In this document: piece after piece, positions 18,393 through 27,877 of the stretch
Position numbering within the stretch: position 1 is the first letter of the stretch
Layout of the letters: each line of letters starts with the position of its first letter
NCBI GenBank assembly: GCA_036261915.1
Contig: DATAJX010000006.1
Coordinates: 23,546 to 87,545, forward strand
Direction of reading: 5' to 3'
DNA length: 64,000 bases
Source: Alphaproteobacteria bacterium
Lineage (GTDB): Bacteria; Pseudomonadota; Alphaproteobacteria; UBA2136; UBA6156
Program-made: the position numbers and the translations under genes
Notes under the pieces: model-generated
Databases searched by the model: none
The model's input: the letters and a program-made list of their open reading frames with translations, nothing else
Told to the model about the DNA's origin: nothing

Positions 18393-19094
18393 ATGAGCCA
18401 AAACGACGAACTGAAAAAAGCCTGGCAAAAGCAGCTGAACGACAACCGCAACGGCGTGTCCGATTTCTGGCGCGCCAATGCCGCCTACTGGCAAACCGTG
18501 TCCGATATCATGAGCGCCCGCGCCGCCACCTTCACCAGCTGGTGGCAAAGCCTGCCGCAACACATGCAGGGCTTTGCGCAGGCCAAAAGCTGGCCCGAGT
18601 TCGCCGAAGCCTTCACCCGCTGGCAGCAAAAAAACTGGCTTAGCACCTGGCACCTGGGGGTCGATACCCAGCAGCAGCGCAATTACCTGTGGGAAGAATG
18701 GCAAAAGCTGGCCCAGCGCAACGGCATGGTTAACCCCTTTGCTCCGGCACCCGAAAAAGAAAAGTCGGTCGCTCCGTCATCGTTCTATGCCGCCAACCCG
18801 CACCTGCAACCGCAGGCGCCCGTGGCCAAGCCCGCCCCGGCCAAGGCGGCAACACAGCCTGCGCCGCAACCGGCCCCCGCCCCCAAGGCGGCCCAACCCG
18901 TTAAGGCCGAACCTATCATCACGGCCGCCGCAACCGCCCCGGTAACAGCCGACCTCAACGGCGAAGCCGTGCAACCGCACCCCGAACCTGCGCGCAACGC
19001 CGCACAGGCTGCCACGCTGGCGGCAGCCACATCGGCCCGGCGCAGCGTGGTGGCCAGCCACCGCAGCCGCGCGGCCCGCCGCACCACGCACTAA
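18393..19094 (+). CDS. Hypothetical Trp-rich protein with an Ala/Pro-rich C-terminal half
   Basis: 233 aa. The N-terminal 110 aa contains 13 Trp residues (WQKQL, YWQTV, WWQSLP, WEEWQKL), followed by a low-complexity AP-rich tail. No family recognised. Confidence 0.5.
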   Translation: MSQNDELKKAWQKQLNDNRNGVSDFWRANAAYWQTVSDIMSARAATFTSWWQSLPQHMQGFAQAKSWPEFAEAFTRWQQKNWLSTWHLGVDTQQQRNYLWEEWQKLAQRNGMVNPFAPAPEKEKSVAPSSFYAANPHLQPQAPVAKPAPAKAATQPAPQPAPAPKAAQPVKAEPIITAAATAPVTADLNGEAVQPHPEPARNAAQAATLAAATSARRSVVASHRSRAARRTTH

Positions 19095-19110
19095 CCACGG
19101 CCAACAAAAA

Positions 19111-19135
19111 AGCCCCCGCACAAGCGGGGGCTTTT
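19111..19135 (+). terminator. Rho-independent terminator
   Basis: agcccccgcacaagcgggggctttt. Confidence 0.7.
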
Positions 19136-19359
19136 CGTAGGGGCCTCGGGGCGGGGCCGACGGGGGCGTTGCCACCCCGCCCCTTCGGGCGCGCACGCCG
19201 AAAACTGGAGAGTAAACGGCGCGCGAACACAAATGGTCGGCGGGAACGCGCGGCGGGCACGTTCCCGCCTCCTTGCAAGGTGGGCTGGGGGCTGAGGAAT
19301 ACCCTGCAAGGAAACAGTTTTATCTTGTAAAAAAATCAAAGGTGCTTCTAAGTAATTGA

Positions 19360-20661
19360 ATGAAGTTTGCCTATGCCGCACTGGCCGCCCTGCTGTCAAT
19401 ATCAACCCCCGGGTGGGCCGAGGGCTACATCCTCGATTCCGAAAGCACCGCCTATTTCCAAAAGCTGGCCAGGCCGCTGCAGCCGTTTTTGCCGCATACG
19501 CAAAACATCCATTTTCTGCTGGTGGCCGATCCCAACATCAACGCCTATGTCGATAACGACAAGATCATCCACCTCAACAGCGGGCTGCTGCTGCGCGCCA
19601 GCAATGTCGATGAGGTCCGTGGCGTCATCGCGCACGAAATGGGCCACGTGGCCGCGCAACATATCTTCCGCATGCAGGGCGATAAATCGCCCATGATCGC
19701 AGGTATCGCCGGCGCCGTGCTGGGCGTGGGCACCATGGCGGCGGGCGCACCGCAGGCGGGCGCGGCCATTCTTACCGGCGGCGGCGCGGCGGGGCTTACC
19801 ATGCTGCTGCGCCACTCGCGGCAGAATGAGATGGAAGCCGACAACCGCGCCGTGCAGGCGCTGCACGGCGCGGGCTACGGCGTGGGCGGCATGGCCACGC
19901 TGTTCGGCAAACTGCGCACCGAAATGCAGCTGAGCTACAAAAACCCGCCGCCTTACCTGCTCACCCACCCCATGCCCGCCGAGCGCATGCAAAACCTGCA
20001 GTTGATCGCCGCGCGCGAGCCCAGCCCCACCCAGCCGCCTGCCGACGATAAACAGTTCAAGCGTATCCAGGCCCGCATTTACGCACTCAGCTACAGCCCG
20101 GCCGAAACCCTGCGCAAGTACGCCGATAACTCCGAAGCCAGCCGCTACGCCCGCGCCATTGCGCTGGCCCAGCAGGGCAAGGTGGCCGACGCCAAAAAGC
20201 TGATGGACGGCCTGCTGGCCGAACACCCGAAGGATTATTTCTATCGCGGCACGGCGGCCGACCTGGCCGAAGACCGCGGCGACCTGCAACTGGCCAAAAC
20301 ACTGCTCGAACAGCTCGTGCGCGAAGATTCCAGCCAAACCCTGCTGCAATACCAACTGGGCGATATTCTCCGCAACCTCGACCAGCCCGCCGCCGCCCTG
20401 CCGCACCTCGAGCAGGCCACGCGCGACTGGCCCGCCTGGCCCGAACCGTGGCGCAGCCTGGGCGTGGTGTACGGCCAACTGGGCCGCCTGTCCGAAGGCC
20501 AACTGGCGCTGGCCGAATTTTCGCTGCAAAGCGGCGACAAGAACGGCGCCGAGCAGCACCTCAAAACCGCCGACATCGAGCTGAAGAAAAAGCCCGACCC
20601 CAAACTCTCCAGCTGGCGCGACGACATCAAAGACAAGATCAAAGACCTGCCCACCAGCTAG
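19360..20661 (+). CDS. M48 family periplasmic metalloprotease with TPR repeats (BepA/YfgC-like)
   Basis: Signal peptide, an HEMGH zinc motif, and C-terminal TPR-like repeats. Confidence 0.8.
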   Translation: MKFAYAALAALLSISTPGWAEGYILDSESTAYFQKLARPLQPFLPHTQNIHFLLVADPNINAYVDNDKIIHLNSGLLLRASNVDEVRGVIAHEMGHVAAQHIFRMQGDKSPMIAGIAGAVLGVGTMAAGAPQAGAAILTGGGAAGLTMLLRHSRQNEMEADNRAVQALHGAGYGVGGMATLFGKLRTEMQLSYKNPPPYLLTHPMPAERMQNLQLIAAREPSPTQPPADDKQFKRIQARIYALSYSPAETLRKYADNSEASRYARAIALAQQGKVADAKKLMDGLLAEHPKDYFYRGTAADLAEDRGDLQLAKTLLEQLVREDSSQTLLQYQLGDILRNLDQPAAALPHLEQATRDWPAWPEPWRSLGVVYGQLGRLSEGQLALAEFSLQSGDKNGAEQHLKTADIELKKKPDPKLSSWRDDIKDKIKDLPTS

Positions 20662-20709
20662 GCGCGCCCTGCCCGCCCGCCGCCTTTTATGGTAAACAGC
20701 AGAGTGAAC

Positions 20710-21042
20710 ATGCCTCGCAAGCCTGACCCTGCTACGCCCAAACGGCCCGTCGGCCGCCCCAAGGGCACCACCAAAATCGCCCGCCAGCAGGCCGAAATGG
20801 CCCAGCAGGCCAGCGCCGCCGGCGTGCAGCTGCCGCTGGTGCCCAAAAAGGTCAACCTGTCGCCCTACCCCGATCTCTCCATGGCCATCGCCATGCTGCG
20901 CTACCGGCAGGCCCAGGTCGACCCCCAGCGGGCCGACCTCATCAAGCAGTGGCTGGCTTCGCTCACCGACATCCACACCAGCATCACCAAGCTGAAAAAG
21001 CTTGAAATTCTGTCAGAAAGTCTTACATCTGCAGGCAAGTGA
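20710..21042 (+). CDS. Hypothetical protein with an AT-hook-like N-terminus
   Basis: MPRKPDPATPKRPVGRPKGTTK... A GRP-core basic motif followed by a helical region. Unrecognised. Confidence 0.4.
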   Translation: MPRKPDPATPKRPVGRPKGTTKIARQQAEMAQQASAAGVQLPLVPKKVNLSPYPDLSMAIAMLRYRQAQVDPQRADLIKQWLASLTDIHTSITKLKKLEILSESLTSAGK

Positions 21043-21123
21043 TAGACAGGAAAGCCAACCATGCCCGCCAAAGCCAAAGTTAAAGCCACCCCCAAAGCCG
21101 CAGCCGCCAAGGCTGGCGATGCC

Positions 21124-21558
21124 ATGGCCGATATCAAGATCAAACCGCTCAACACCGAAGTGCTTGAAAAACTGAACAATTTCCTCAAAAAGACCGGCCT
21201 CGAAGAGATCGAGATCTCGCAAGGCGACGCCAGCGTGCGCCTCAAGCGCCCCGGCAGCGGCGTGGCTGTGGCTCCCACCCCCATTCACCATCAAACTGTT
21301 GAAATCACGAAGGAAATAGCCCCCAAAAACACCTTCAATGCCCCCATGATCGGCACCTTTTACCGCGCCGCCAGCCCCGAGGCCCCCGCATTCGCCAAGG
21401 TGGGCGATACCGTGCGTGCCGGCCAGGTGCTCTGCATCATCGAGGCCATGAAGACCATGAACCAGATCGAAACCGACCGCGCGGGCAAAATCACTAAAAT
21501 CCTGGTCGAGAACGCCACTCCGGTCGAATTCGGCCAACCGCTGTTCGTCATCGAGTAG
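21124..21558 (+). CDS. accB: Acetyl-CoA carboxylase biotin carboxyl carrier protein
   Basis: Biotinyl domain with the EAMKTMNQIE (AMKM-type) motif. The track ORF begins at 21061 with a Lys/Ala-rich extension; MADIKIK at 21124 fits the AccB N-terminus. Confidence 0.85.
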   Translation: MADIKIKPLNTEVLEKLNNFLKKTGLEEIEISQGDASVRLKRPGSGVAVAPTPIHHQTVEITKEIAPKNTFNAPMIGTFYRAASPEAPAFAKVGDTVRAGQVLCIIEAMKTMNQIETDRAGKITKILVENATPVEFGQPLFVIE

Positions 21559-21576
21559 CGGAAAAAGGGTTTTCCC

Positions 21577-22923
21577 ATGTTCAAAAAGATATTAATCGCC
21601 AACCGCGGAGAGATCGCCGTTCGCATCCACCGCGCCTGCCGCGAAATGGGCATCGAGACCGTGGCCGTGCACAGCACCGCCGACGAAACCGCCCTGCACG
21701 TCAAGCTGGCGAATGAGTCGGTCTGCATCGGCCCCGCCCCGGCAAGCCAAAGCTACCTCAACATTCCGGCCATTCTCAGCGCCGCCGAAGTGACCGATGC
21801 CGAAGCCATCCACCCCGGCTACGGCTTTCTGGCCGAAAACGCCAAGTTCGCCGAGATCGTCACCAAGCTGGGCTTCACCTTCATCGGCCCCACCGCCGAG
21901 CACATCAACCTCATGGGCGACAAGATCGCGGCCATCGACTACGCCAAAAAGGTGGGCCTGCCCACCATCCCCGGCAGCAACGGCGCCATCGATAACGCCG
22001 ACGACGCCCTGGCCGCAGCCGAGCGCATCGGCTACCCGGTCATCGTCAAGGCCGCCGCAGGCGGCGGCGGCCGCGGCATGAAGGTGGCACACACCGCCGC
22101 AACCCTTACCAACGCCGTGCACATGGCCACCACCGAGGCCAAGGCCGCCTACGGCGATGGCCGCGTGTACCTCGAAAAATTCCTCGAAGAACCCCGCCAC
22201 ATCGAAGTGCAGGTGCTGTGCGACAGCCACGGCAACGTCAGCATTCTGGGCGAGCGGGACTGCTCGCTGCAACGTCGCCACCAGAAGGTGGTGGAGGAAA
22301 CCCCCAGCCCCGTCATCACCGACGCCCTGCGCGAGCCGCTGTTCGCCGCCGTGGCCACCGCCTGCAAAAAAATGAAGTACCTCGGCGCCGGCACCATCGA
22401 GTTTTTATACGAAAAGGGCAAATTCTACTTCATCGAAATGAACACGCGCCTGCAGGTCGAACACCCGGTCACCGAAATGGTCACGGGGCTCGACCTGGTG
22501 GCCGAACAGATCCGCATCGCGGCGGGCGAGCAGCTGCGCGTGGTGTCGGCCAACGTCAAACCGCGCGGCCACAGCATCGAGGTGCGCATCAATGCAGAGG
22601 ACCCCGAAACCTTCCGCCCCACTCCCGGCAAGGTCACCGATTACTTCGCGCCCGGCGGCCCCGGCGTGCGGGTCGATAGCGCGCTCTACCCCGGCTACAC
22701 CGTGCCGCCGTATTACGACAGCACCGTGGCCAAGCTCATCGTGCACGGCGCCACGCGCGAAGAGGCGGTGCTGCGCCTGCGCCGCGCGCTGGAAGAATTC
22801 TTCATCGGCGGCCTCACCACCAACCTGCCGCTGCTGCGTAAAATCGCCGCCACCAACAGCTTCATGGCGGGCGAGTACAACATCCACTCGCTCAACCACT
22901 TCCTCGAAGACGGCCGCCTGTGA
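21577..22923 (+). CDS. accC: Acetyl-CoA carboxylase biotin carboxylase subunit
   Basis: ATP-grasp motifs ([17 protein letters not shown]..., [21 protein letters not shown]). Confidence 0.95.
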   Translation: MFKKILIANRGEIAVRIHRACREMGIETVAVHSTADETALHVKLANESVCIGPAPASQSYLNIPAILSAAEVTDAEAIHPGYGFLAENAKFAEIVTKLGFTFIGPTAEHINLMGDKIAAIDYAKKVGLPTIPGSNGAIDNADDALAAAERIGYPVIVKAAAGGGGRGMKVAHTAATLTNAVHMATTEAKAAYGDGRVYLEKFLEEPRHIEVQVLCDSHGNVSILGERDCSLQRRHQKVVEETPSPVITDALREPLFAAVATACKKMKYLGAGTIEFLYEKGKFYFIEMNTRLQVEHPVTEMVTGLDLVAEQIRIAAGEQLRVVSANVKPRGHSIEVRINAEDPETFRPTPGKVTDYFAPGGPGVRVDSALYPGYTVPPYYDSTVAKLIVHGATREEAVLRLRRALEEFFIGGLTTNLPLLRKIAATNSFMAGEYNIHSLNHFLEDGRL

Positions 22924-22943
22924 TTACAAAAAAGCCCTCTACT

Positions 22944-23147
22944 ATGCTGGAAAGGCTCGCTAATTTAATTTACTGGGCTGGCTGTATAGGTGGCGTTTTA
23001 TTTTTCCTAGTTGGCTGCTCTAATGCTCCTTTCCGTTATGAATCCCATACTCTTTACGAAGGCATTTTTATCGGTGTTATTTATGGCCTTCCCATTTGGC
23101 TTATTGGTTTAGCTGTTCGGTACATTTTAATCGGGCGAAGTTTGTAA
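22944..23147 (+). CDS. Small two-TM membrane protein encoded in an anomalously low-GC segment
   Basis: 68 aa (MLERLANLIYWAGCIGGVLFFLVGC...IGVIYGLPIWLIGLAVRYILIGRSL). G+C is about 40% against ~66% in the flanking genes. A possible GTG start at 22920 overlaps the accC stop. Confidence 0.45.
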   Translation: MLERLANLIYWAGCIGGVLFFLVGCSNAPFRYESHTLYEGIFIGVIYGLPIWLIGLAVRYILIGRSL

Positions 23148-23212
23148 CTTCAAAGCTTTGATTGACCACTTTGTAGGCACCCCCTACACTCGCGCCTATC
23201 ATGATGAAAATA

Positions 23213-23737
23213 ATGTACACCGCCGACGTCATCGCCTCCCGCGTGGCCGATCTTTCCGCCAGCATCAACAAAAGCCTGGGCGGTCACAAACTGGTCCACA
23301 CCGTCGTCACCATGAATGGCGGCTTTTGTTTTGCGGCCGACCTCTGCCGCCAGCTCACCATCCCGCAGGTCATGCACTTTACCGGCGGCAGCTATTTTTC
23401 CAATAACGTGAAGCACGAAATGAAGCTGAACCCCGAAACGCTGCCCACCACCTTCGGCGGCGCGCCGGTGCTCATCATCGAAGACATCCTCGATTCCGGC
23501 GAAGGCGTCCGCCAGCTCAAAAGCGAGATCGCCAAGCGCCAGGCCGGGGCCATCACCACGGTCACGCTGTTCAAGCGCGTGGGCGGCGGCGCCGAGGCCG
23601 AGCATTCGGCCTTCTCTCTCCCGCGCGAACTGTTCGTGGTCGGCTACGGGCTCGACATGGACGGCCGCTTCCGCGAACTGAAAGACATTTACACCTTCGA
23701 CACCACGGTCATGACCGGGCAGACCGGCGTTTGTTAA
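23213..23737 (+). CDS. hpt: Hypoxanthine-guanine phosphoribosyltransferase
   Basis: PRPP-binding motif VLIIEDILDSGEGV. Size and order match Hpt. Confidence 0.85.
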   Translation: MYTADVIASRVADLSASINKSLGGHKLVHTVVTMNGGFCFAADLCRQLTIPQVMHFTGGSYFSNNVKHEMKLNPETLPTTFGGAPVLIIEDILDSGEGVRQLKSEIAKRQAGAITTVTLFKRVGGGAEAEHSAFSLPRELFVVGYGLDMDGRFRELKDIYTFDTTVMTGQTGVC

Positions 23738-23911
23738 GGCCTTCTTAGGCCTTAATAAACCAGCGCGCAGCGGTGCGCCACGCAGTGGCGGTATTCGCGG
23801 AACGCGAATTTCATAAGCGTTGAAAATCGCGAAGCGACGCCCCGCTGGCGGGGCAGCGAGGGGACCGAGCGCGGGATGTTTAGCGCGTCACAGACGCCCT
23901 TATAGAAAACT

Positions 23912-24343
23912 CTAAATCACCTTCAATCGTTTCGCCCACGCAATCACGTCGGCCACCACCGCATTCATTTCAGCGAAGATGAATTCGCGCTCCACCGCTT
24001 CCTCCGGCGTCACCCACTCGTAGCCTTCGTGCGCTTCGTGCTCGGGCAGCACAATGTCGGGCACGCCTTCCACACGGGCCAGGTACGCCACCGAATATTT
24101 GGTCGGCTCCATCGCGCCCCAGCGGCTGGTGCTGCAGGGCACGATCAGCTCCACATCGGTCAGGCCGGTTTCTTCTTCAATTTCGCGTAACAGCCCCTGC
24201 CCCGGCTGGTCGCCAATGTCCATGCGGCCGCCCGGCAGGTGGCTTTTGCCGCTGTACTCGCCGCCATGCACCAGTAACAAAATACGGCCTTCGCCGTTGA
24301 ATATCACCGCATGCTCGCTGACTTGCCCGATGTAAAACGCCAT
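23912..24343 (-). CDS. NUDIX hydrolase
   Basis: Nudix box GGRMDIGDQPGQGLLREIEEETGL. Confidence 0.85.
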   Translation of the reverse strand: MAFYIGQVSEHAVIFNGEGRILLLVHGGEYSGKSHLPGGRMDIGDQPGQGLLREIEEETGLTDVELIVPCSTSRWGAMEPTKYSVAYLARVEGVPDIVLPEHEAHEGYEWVTPEEAVEREFIFAEMNAVVADVIAWAKRLKVI

Positions 24344-24346
24344 GGG

Positions 24347-25090
24347 CTATTGCGTGTTCGGCATGTCCATCATGCGCTGCAATTCGTTCATGTCGGCGCC
24401 GGTGGGCGCTACAGGCTCGGGTGGCGGCGCACCGGGGCCCACTTCCAGCTGCGGCACGTTGGGCACCGGCACCGGTACGGTGGCGGGCGCGGGCGGCAAC
24501 TCGTTGCTGTTTTCATTGATGCCCGGCACCACAAAATCATTATTCACGCCTTGCGGCGCCTCGTCGTCGCCCCCCCTGTCGTGCTCGGGGCCGCTGGGCT
24601 GCGGCGGCGCTACGCGCGCAGGCGCCGCATCGGTGTAGCCCGCCGGACGCACGCATTTTTCAAGCTCAACGTCAAAACGGGGGTGGTCATAGGTGGCCAC
24701 GCTGGGAAAGGTATTGAACATCCAGCCATGGAATTCCGGCTCGCCGCTGGCAGCGGTAATATCAAGCCAAGCGGCATCCTGCACCGGCACGCCGCCCACG
24801 CCCCAGCCGCACTTTTGCAGGCTAACGCTCAGGCCGCCCCACTTCTGGGTCTTGCCGCTTTCAACGGTCATGGTTTCAACCTTGTTGGTCTGCTTGTCCA
24901 GCAAACGCACCACGGCGCTTTTGGCAAACTGCACGGTGCCGGCCGGAACCACCGCCGTGCCACTGGCCACAGCCGCGGTCTTGCTCACCTGCCCGCCCAC
25001 CACCGGCAGCGCCGAAAGGTCGATCGTATACCCTGTGCTGGCGCAAAAAACCCCGGCCAAGCCAGCCAGGGTCAATGCCGGGTTCTTCAT
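24347..25090 (-). CDS. Secreted DUF2155-like protein with a Pro-rich C-terminal extension
   Basis: Signal peptide. VRLLDKQTNKVETMTV...LQKCGW resembles the alphaproteobacterial DUF2155 family. Confidence 0.5.
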   Translation of the reverse strand: MKNPALTLAGLAGVFCASTGYTIDLSALPVVGGQVSKTAAVASGTAVVPAGTVQFAKSAVVRLLDKQTNKVETMTVESGKTQKWGGLSVSLQKCGWGVGGVPVQDAAWLDITAASGEPEFHGWMFNTFPSVATYDHPRFDVELEKCVRPAGYTDAAPARVAPPQPSGPEHDRGGDDEAPQGVNNDFVVPGINENSNELPPAPATVPVPVPNVPQLEVGPGAPPPEPVAPTGADMNELQRMMDMPNTQ

Positions 25091-25094
25091 AAAA

Positions 25095-25562
25095 TTACTC
25101 CGCGCTCGCGCTGTCGGCCAGCAGGTTGCGGATGCCGGTCAGCTCGTCCATCACCTGGCGCGGGGTCAGGTGGCGTTGTACGGCTTCCTTCAGCTCCGCC
25201 TTGCGGGTTTTTTGCAGGTACTGCTGTACGCCACGAATGGTATAGCCCTGGTTGTGCAGCAAGTCGCGCACCAGTTTCAGCAACGCAATGTCTTCGGGGC
25301 GGTACATGCGGCGGCCACCCTGCAGCTTCAGCGGCTTCAGGGTGGGAAACTTGCTCTCCCAAAAACGCAGCACGTGGGTGGGCAGTTGCATGTCTTCGGC
25401 CACTTCGGCAATGCCGCGGTAGGCTTCGCTGCTTTTGACAAAGCTGCGGCTGCTGCGCACGCGGGCCTTGTCATTCGCCTTTTCGGCTTCTTCGCGGGCC
25501 TTGCGCTGGGCCAGCATCGCCTTGGCGGCCGATGCGCCAAACAGGTCGGGTAAAATCGCCAT
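25095..25562 (-). CDS. MerR family transcriptional regulator
   Basis: MerR-type HTH ([20 protein letters not shown]...[18 protein letters not shown]). The position downstream of ihfA is conserved. Confidence 0.8.
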   Translation of the reverse strand: MAILPDLFGASAAKAMLAQRKAREEAEKANDKARVRSSRSFVKSSEAYRGIAEVAEDMQLPTHVLRFWESKFPTLKPLKLQGGRRMYRPEDIALLKLVRDLLHNQGYTIRGVQQYLQKTRKAELKEAVQRHLTPRQVMDELTGIRNLLADSASAE

Positions 25563-25574
25563 GGTTGCGGCTTT

Positions 25575-25883
25575 CTATCGCTTGGCGTTCAGGCGGTCTT
25601 TTAAAATGTTGCTGGCGCGGAAAACCAGCACCTTGCGGGGCGTAATGGGCACAGCCACGCCGGTCTTGGGGTTGCGGCCCATGCGCTGCTTTTTGCTGCG
25701 CACCGAAAAATGACCGAAGGTGGCCAGCTTCACGGTTTCGCCCTTGGCCAGGGCGGCACAAAGCTGCTCGACAACGTCATCCACCAGGTCGGCGGCTTCG
25801 CGGCGGGTCAAACCCACCTCGTGGTAAACGGCCTCGGCCAGGTCCATACGGGTTACGGTTTTGCCAGCAGTGTTAGCAGCCAT
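25575..25883 (-). CDS. ihfA: Integration host factor subunit alpha
   Basis: TRMDLAEAVYHEVGLTRREAADLVD...GRNPKTGVAVPI. Confidence 0.95.
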   Translation of the reverse strand: MAANTAGKTVTRMDLAEAVYHEVGLTRREAADLVDDVVEQLCAALAKGETVKLATFGHFSVRSKKQRMGRNPKTGVAVPITPRKVLVFRASNILKDRLNAKR

Positions 25884-26090
25884 GATAGAAACATCCCCCT
25901 CGATCTCATTAACAAAAAATACCTACGGCGCAGGGGCTTTTTTGCAGGCCCGGCTTGCGCTTATGCGGGGCACCCTAAGCGCGCATTTTCCACGCGTCAA
26001 GCACCACAATACAGCTTTATCAATATTTTATCGCTTGTTGTTCGGGCGCCGAAAGGCACAAAAATACTTGAATAAACCGCAGGTTGTTTT

Positions 26091-27035
26091 TTACCAGCGG
26101 ATGAGCGCACTACCCCACACGAACCCGGCACCGAAGGCCTGCAGGAGAAGAACGTTACCACGATTGAACTTACGGCCCTGAACCGCCGCATGCATGGCCA
26201 GCGGAATGCTGGCACCGCTGGTGTTGGCATGCACGCCCACGGTGGCCACCACCTTTTCAAACGGCAGGCCCAGCGCCTTGGCGGCGGCTTCCAGAATGCG
26301 GATGTTCGCCTGGTGCGGCACCACCCAGTCGATGTTTTCAAGCGCCAAACCCTGCCCGGCCACAATGGCGGGCAGGGTACCCATCTCGCGCACCGCGTGC
26401 TTGAACACCTCACGGCCGTTCATGTGCACCTTGCCGTCAACCGTCGCCAACATCTCGCCCTTGCTGCCGTCGGCGCCCACATCAACCGCCAGCAGGCCGC
26501 GCTTTTCGCCCTCGGCTTTTTCTTTCTTGATCACGATCGCCCCTGCCCCATCCCCAAACAGAATGCAGGTGCTGCGGTCGGTCCAATCCAGCGTGGTGCT
26601 CATGGCCTCGGCGCCGATGACCAGCGCATGGGTGTGCAGGGTGGTTTCCAGCAAACTTTTGGCCACCGCCAAGGCACTGATAAACCCACCGCAAGCCGCG
26701 TTCACATCCAGCACCACGGCATGGGCGGGCAGGCCCAACGCGCCCTGCACCTGTGCCGCCACGCTGGGGAAGTTCCGGTCCGGCGTGCAAGTGGCCACCA
26801 GCACAATACCCACATCTTCCGGCTTTACATCGGCCAGGGCCTCGCGCGCGGCGGCAATCGCCAGCGTACTGGTCGTCTCGCCTTCGCTACATATATAGCG
26901 CTGGGTGATGCCGGTGCGCTCCACGATCCATTCGTTGGTCGAATCCAGCCCGTGCAACGCGATCAGTTCGTCGTTGCTCAGGCGGGTACGGGGCAGCGCG
27001 CTGCCGGTGCCAACAATGGGGTATTGGTAGGTCAT
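26091..27035 (-). CDS. fabH: 3-oxoacyl-ACP synthase III
   Basis: Active-site NAACGGF plus the His/Asn regions. 314 aa. Confidence 0.95.
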   Translation of the reverse strand: MTYQYPIVGTGSALPRTRLSNDELIALHGLDSTNEWIVERTGITQRYICSEGETTSTLAIAAAREALADVKPEDVGIVLVATCTPDRNFPSVAAQVQGALGLPAHAVVLDVNAACGGFISALAVAKSLLETTLHTHALVIGAEAMSTTLDWTDRSTCILFGDGAGAIVIKKEKAEGEKRGLLAVDVGADGSKGEMLATVDGKVHMNGREVFKHAVREMGTLPAIVAGQGLALENIDWVVPHQANIRILEAAAKALGLPFEKVVATVGVHANTSGASIPLAMHAAVQGRKFNRGNVLLLQAFGAGFVWGSALIRW

Positions 27036-27051
27036 AACCCTGTACCTACCA

Positions 27052-27084
27052 CAAAAAAAAGCCCGCCAACAGGCAGGCTTTTAA
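27052..27084 (-). terminator. Rho-independent terminator of rpmF
   Basis: Minus strand: gcctgcctgttggcgggc followed by tttttttt. Confidence 0.7.
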
Positions 27085-27097
27085 AAGGATACCAAAG

Positions 27098-27322
27098 TTA
27101 CTCGGCCGGGGTTTCGGCAGCCGGAGCAGCCTTCACCTTGGCAGCCTTCACCAGGCGGTCGCCGTAGTACATGCTGCCATCGGCCTCGCGGCTCAGGTGG
27201 TGGCGGCGGGTCAGGGTGCCGGTTTGCTGGTTTTCGGTGTAGGTGCCCACTTCAGCGCGCGCATGGCGTTGCTGACGCATACCTTTGCGCCCGGGGCTGG
27301 TTTTCTTCTTCGGAACGGCCAT
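27098..27322 (-). CDS. rpmF: 50S ribosomal protein L32
   Basis: MAVPKKKTSPGRKGMRQQRH... Confidence 0.9.
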   Translation of the reverse strand: MAVPKKKTSPGRKGMRQQRHARAEVGTYTENQQTGTLTRRHHLSREADGSMYYGDRLVKAAKVKAAPAAETPAE

Positions 27323-27444
27323 AACTCGTAACTTTCCTTTAAATCCTTAAAATCTGCCGGGCTTTTAGCCTAAACCGCCCCCCCGCGCAAGCCCTTTTGC
27401 AGGGGGGCCTTCCCCACCCCCTCGGCCCACGCTATTGTCGGCCC

Positions 27445-27870
27445 ATGAAAAACAATATCGCCCTCCTCACCGCCCCCCTGCTTTTGACCGCCTGCGCCGC
27501 CATGGTCGACACCCACGGCAGCATCATTCAGCAAGGCCAGATTGAAAAAATCACCGAAGGCGTCACCACGCAAGACCAGGTGCGCGAGCTGCTGGGTAGC
27601 CCGGCCACCACCGGCACCCTCAACGAAAACCGCTGGATCTACATCACCAGCACCGTGCGCGACAAACCCCTCGATCCCGGCATTCTCACCCACCGGCAGG
27701 TCGTGGTCATCGATTTCACCCCCTCGGGCACGGTAGCCGCCGTGACGCAAAAAAACGAGAGCGACAGCCGCACGGTCGAACCGCTGCCCAAGGTCACGCC
27801 CACCCACGGCCAGGGCCTGGGGGTCATCGACCAGATGCTCAAGAACATCGGCGTCGACAAGGATAAATAA
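27445..27870 (+). CDS. bamE: Outer membrane protein assembly factor BamE (SmpA/OmlA lipoprotein)
   Basis: Lipobox LLTAC, and the GMTRDQVRELLGSP-like motif (VTTQDQVRELLGSPA). Confidence 0.8.
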   Translation: MKNNIALLTAPLLLTACAAMVDTHGSIIQQGQIEKITEGVTTQDQVRELLGSPATTGTLNENRWIYITSTVRDKPLDPGILTHRQVVVIDFTPSGTVAAVTQKNESDSRTVEPLPKVTPTHGQGLGVIDQMLKNIGVDKDK

Positions 27871-27877
27871 GGCCTAA

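Noticed and set aside
17036-18478. 480-aa and 327-aa minus-strand ORFs antisense to rne
   Set aside because: They sit inside the well-supported rne coding region. Their composition is the Arg/Ser/Pro-rich type typical of antisense frames in high-GC DNA.
19402-20976. 524-aa minus-strand ORF opposite the M48 protease gene
   Set aside because: Antisense to a gene with a clear HEMGH motif and signal peptide. No recognisable domains.
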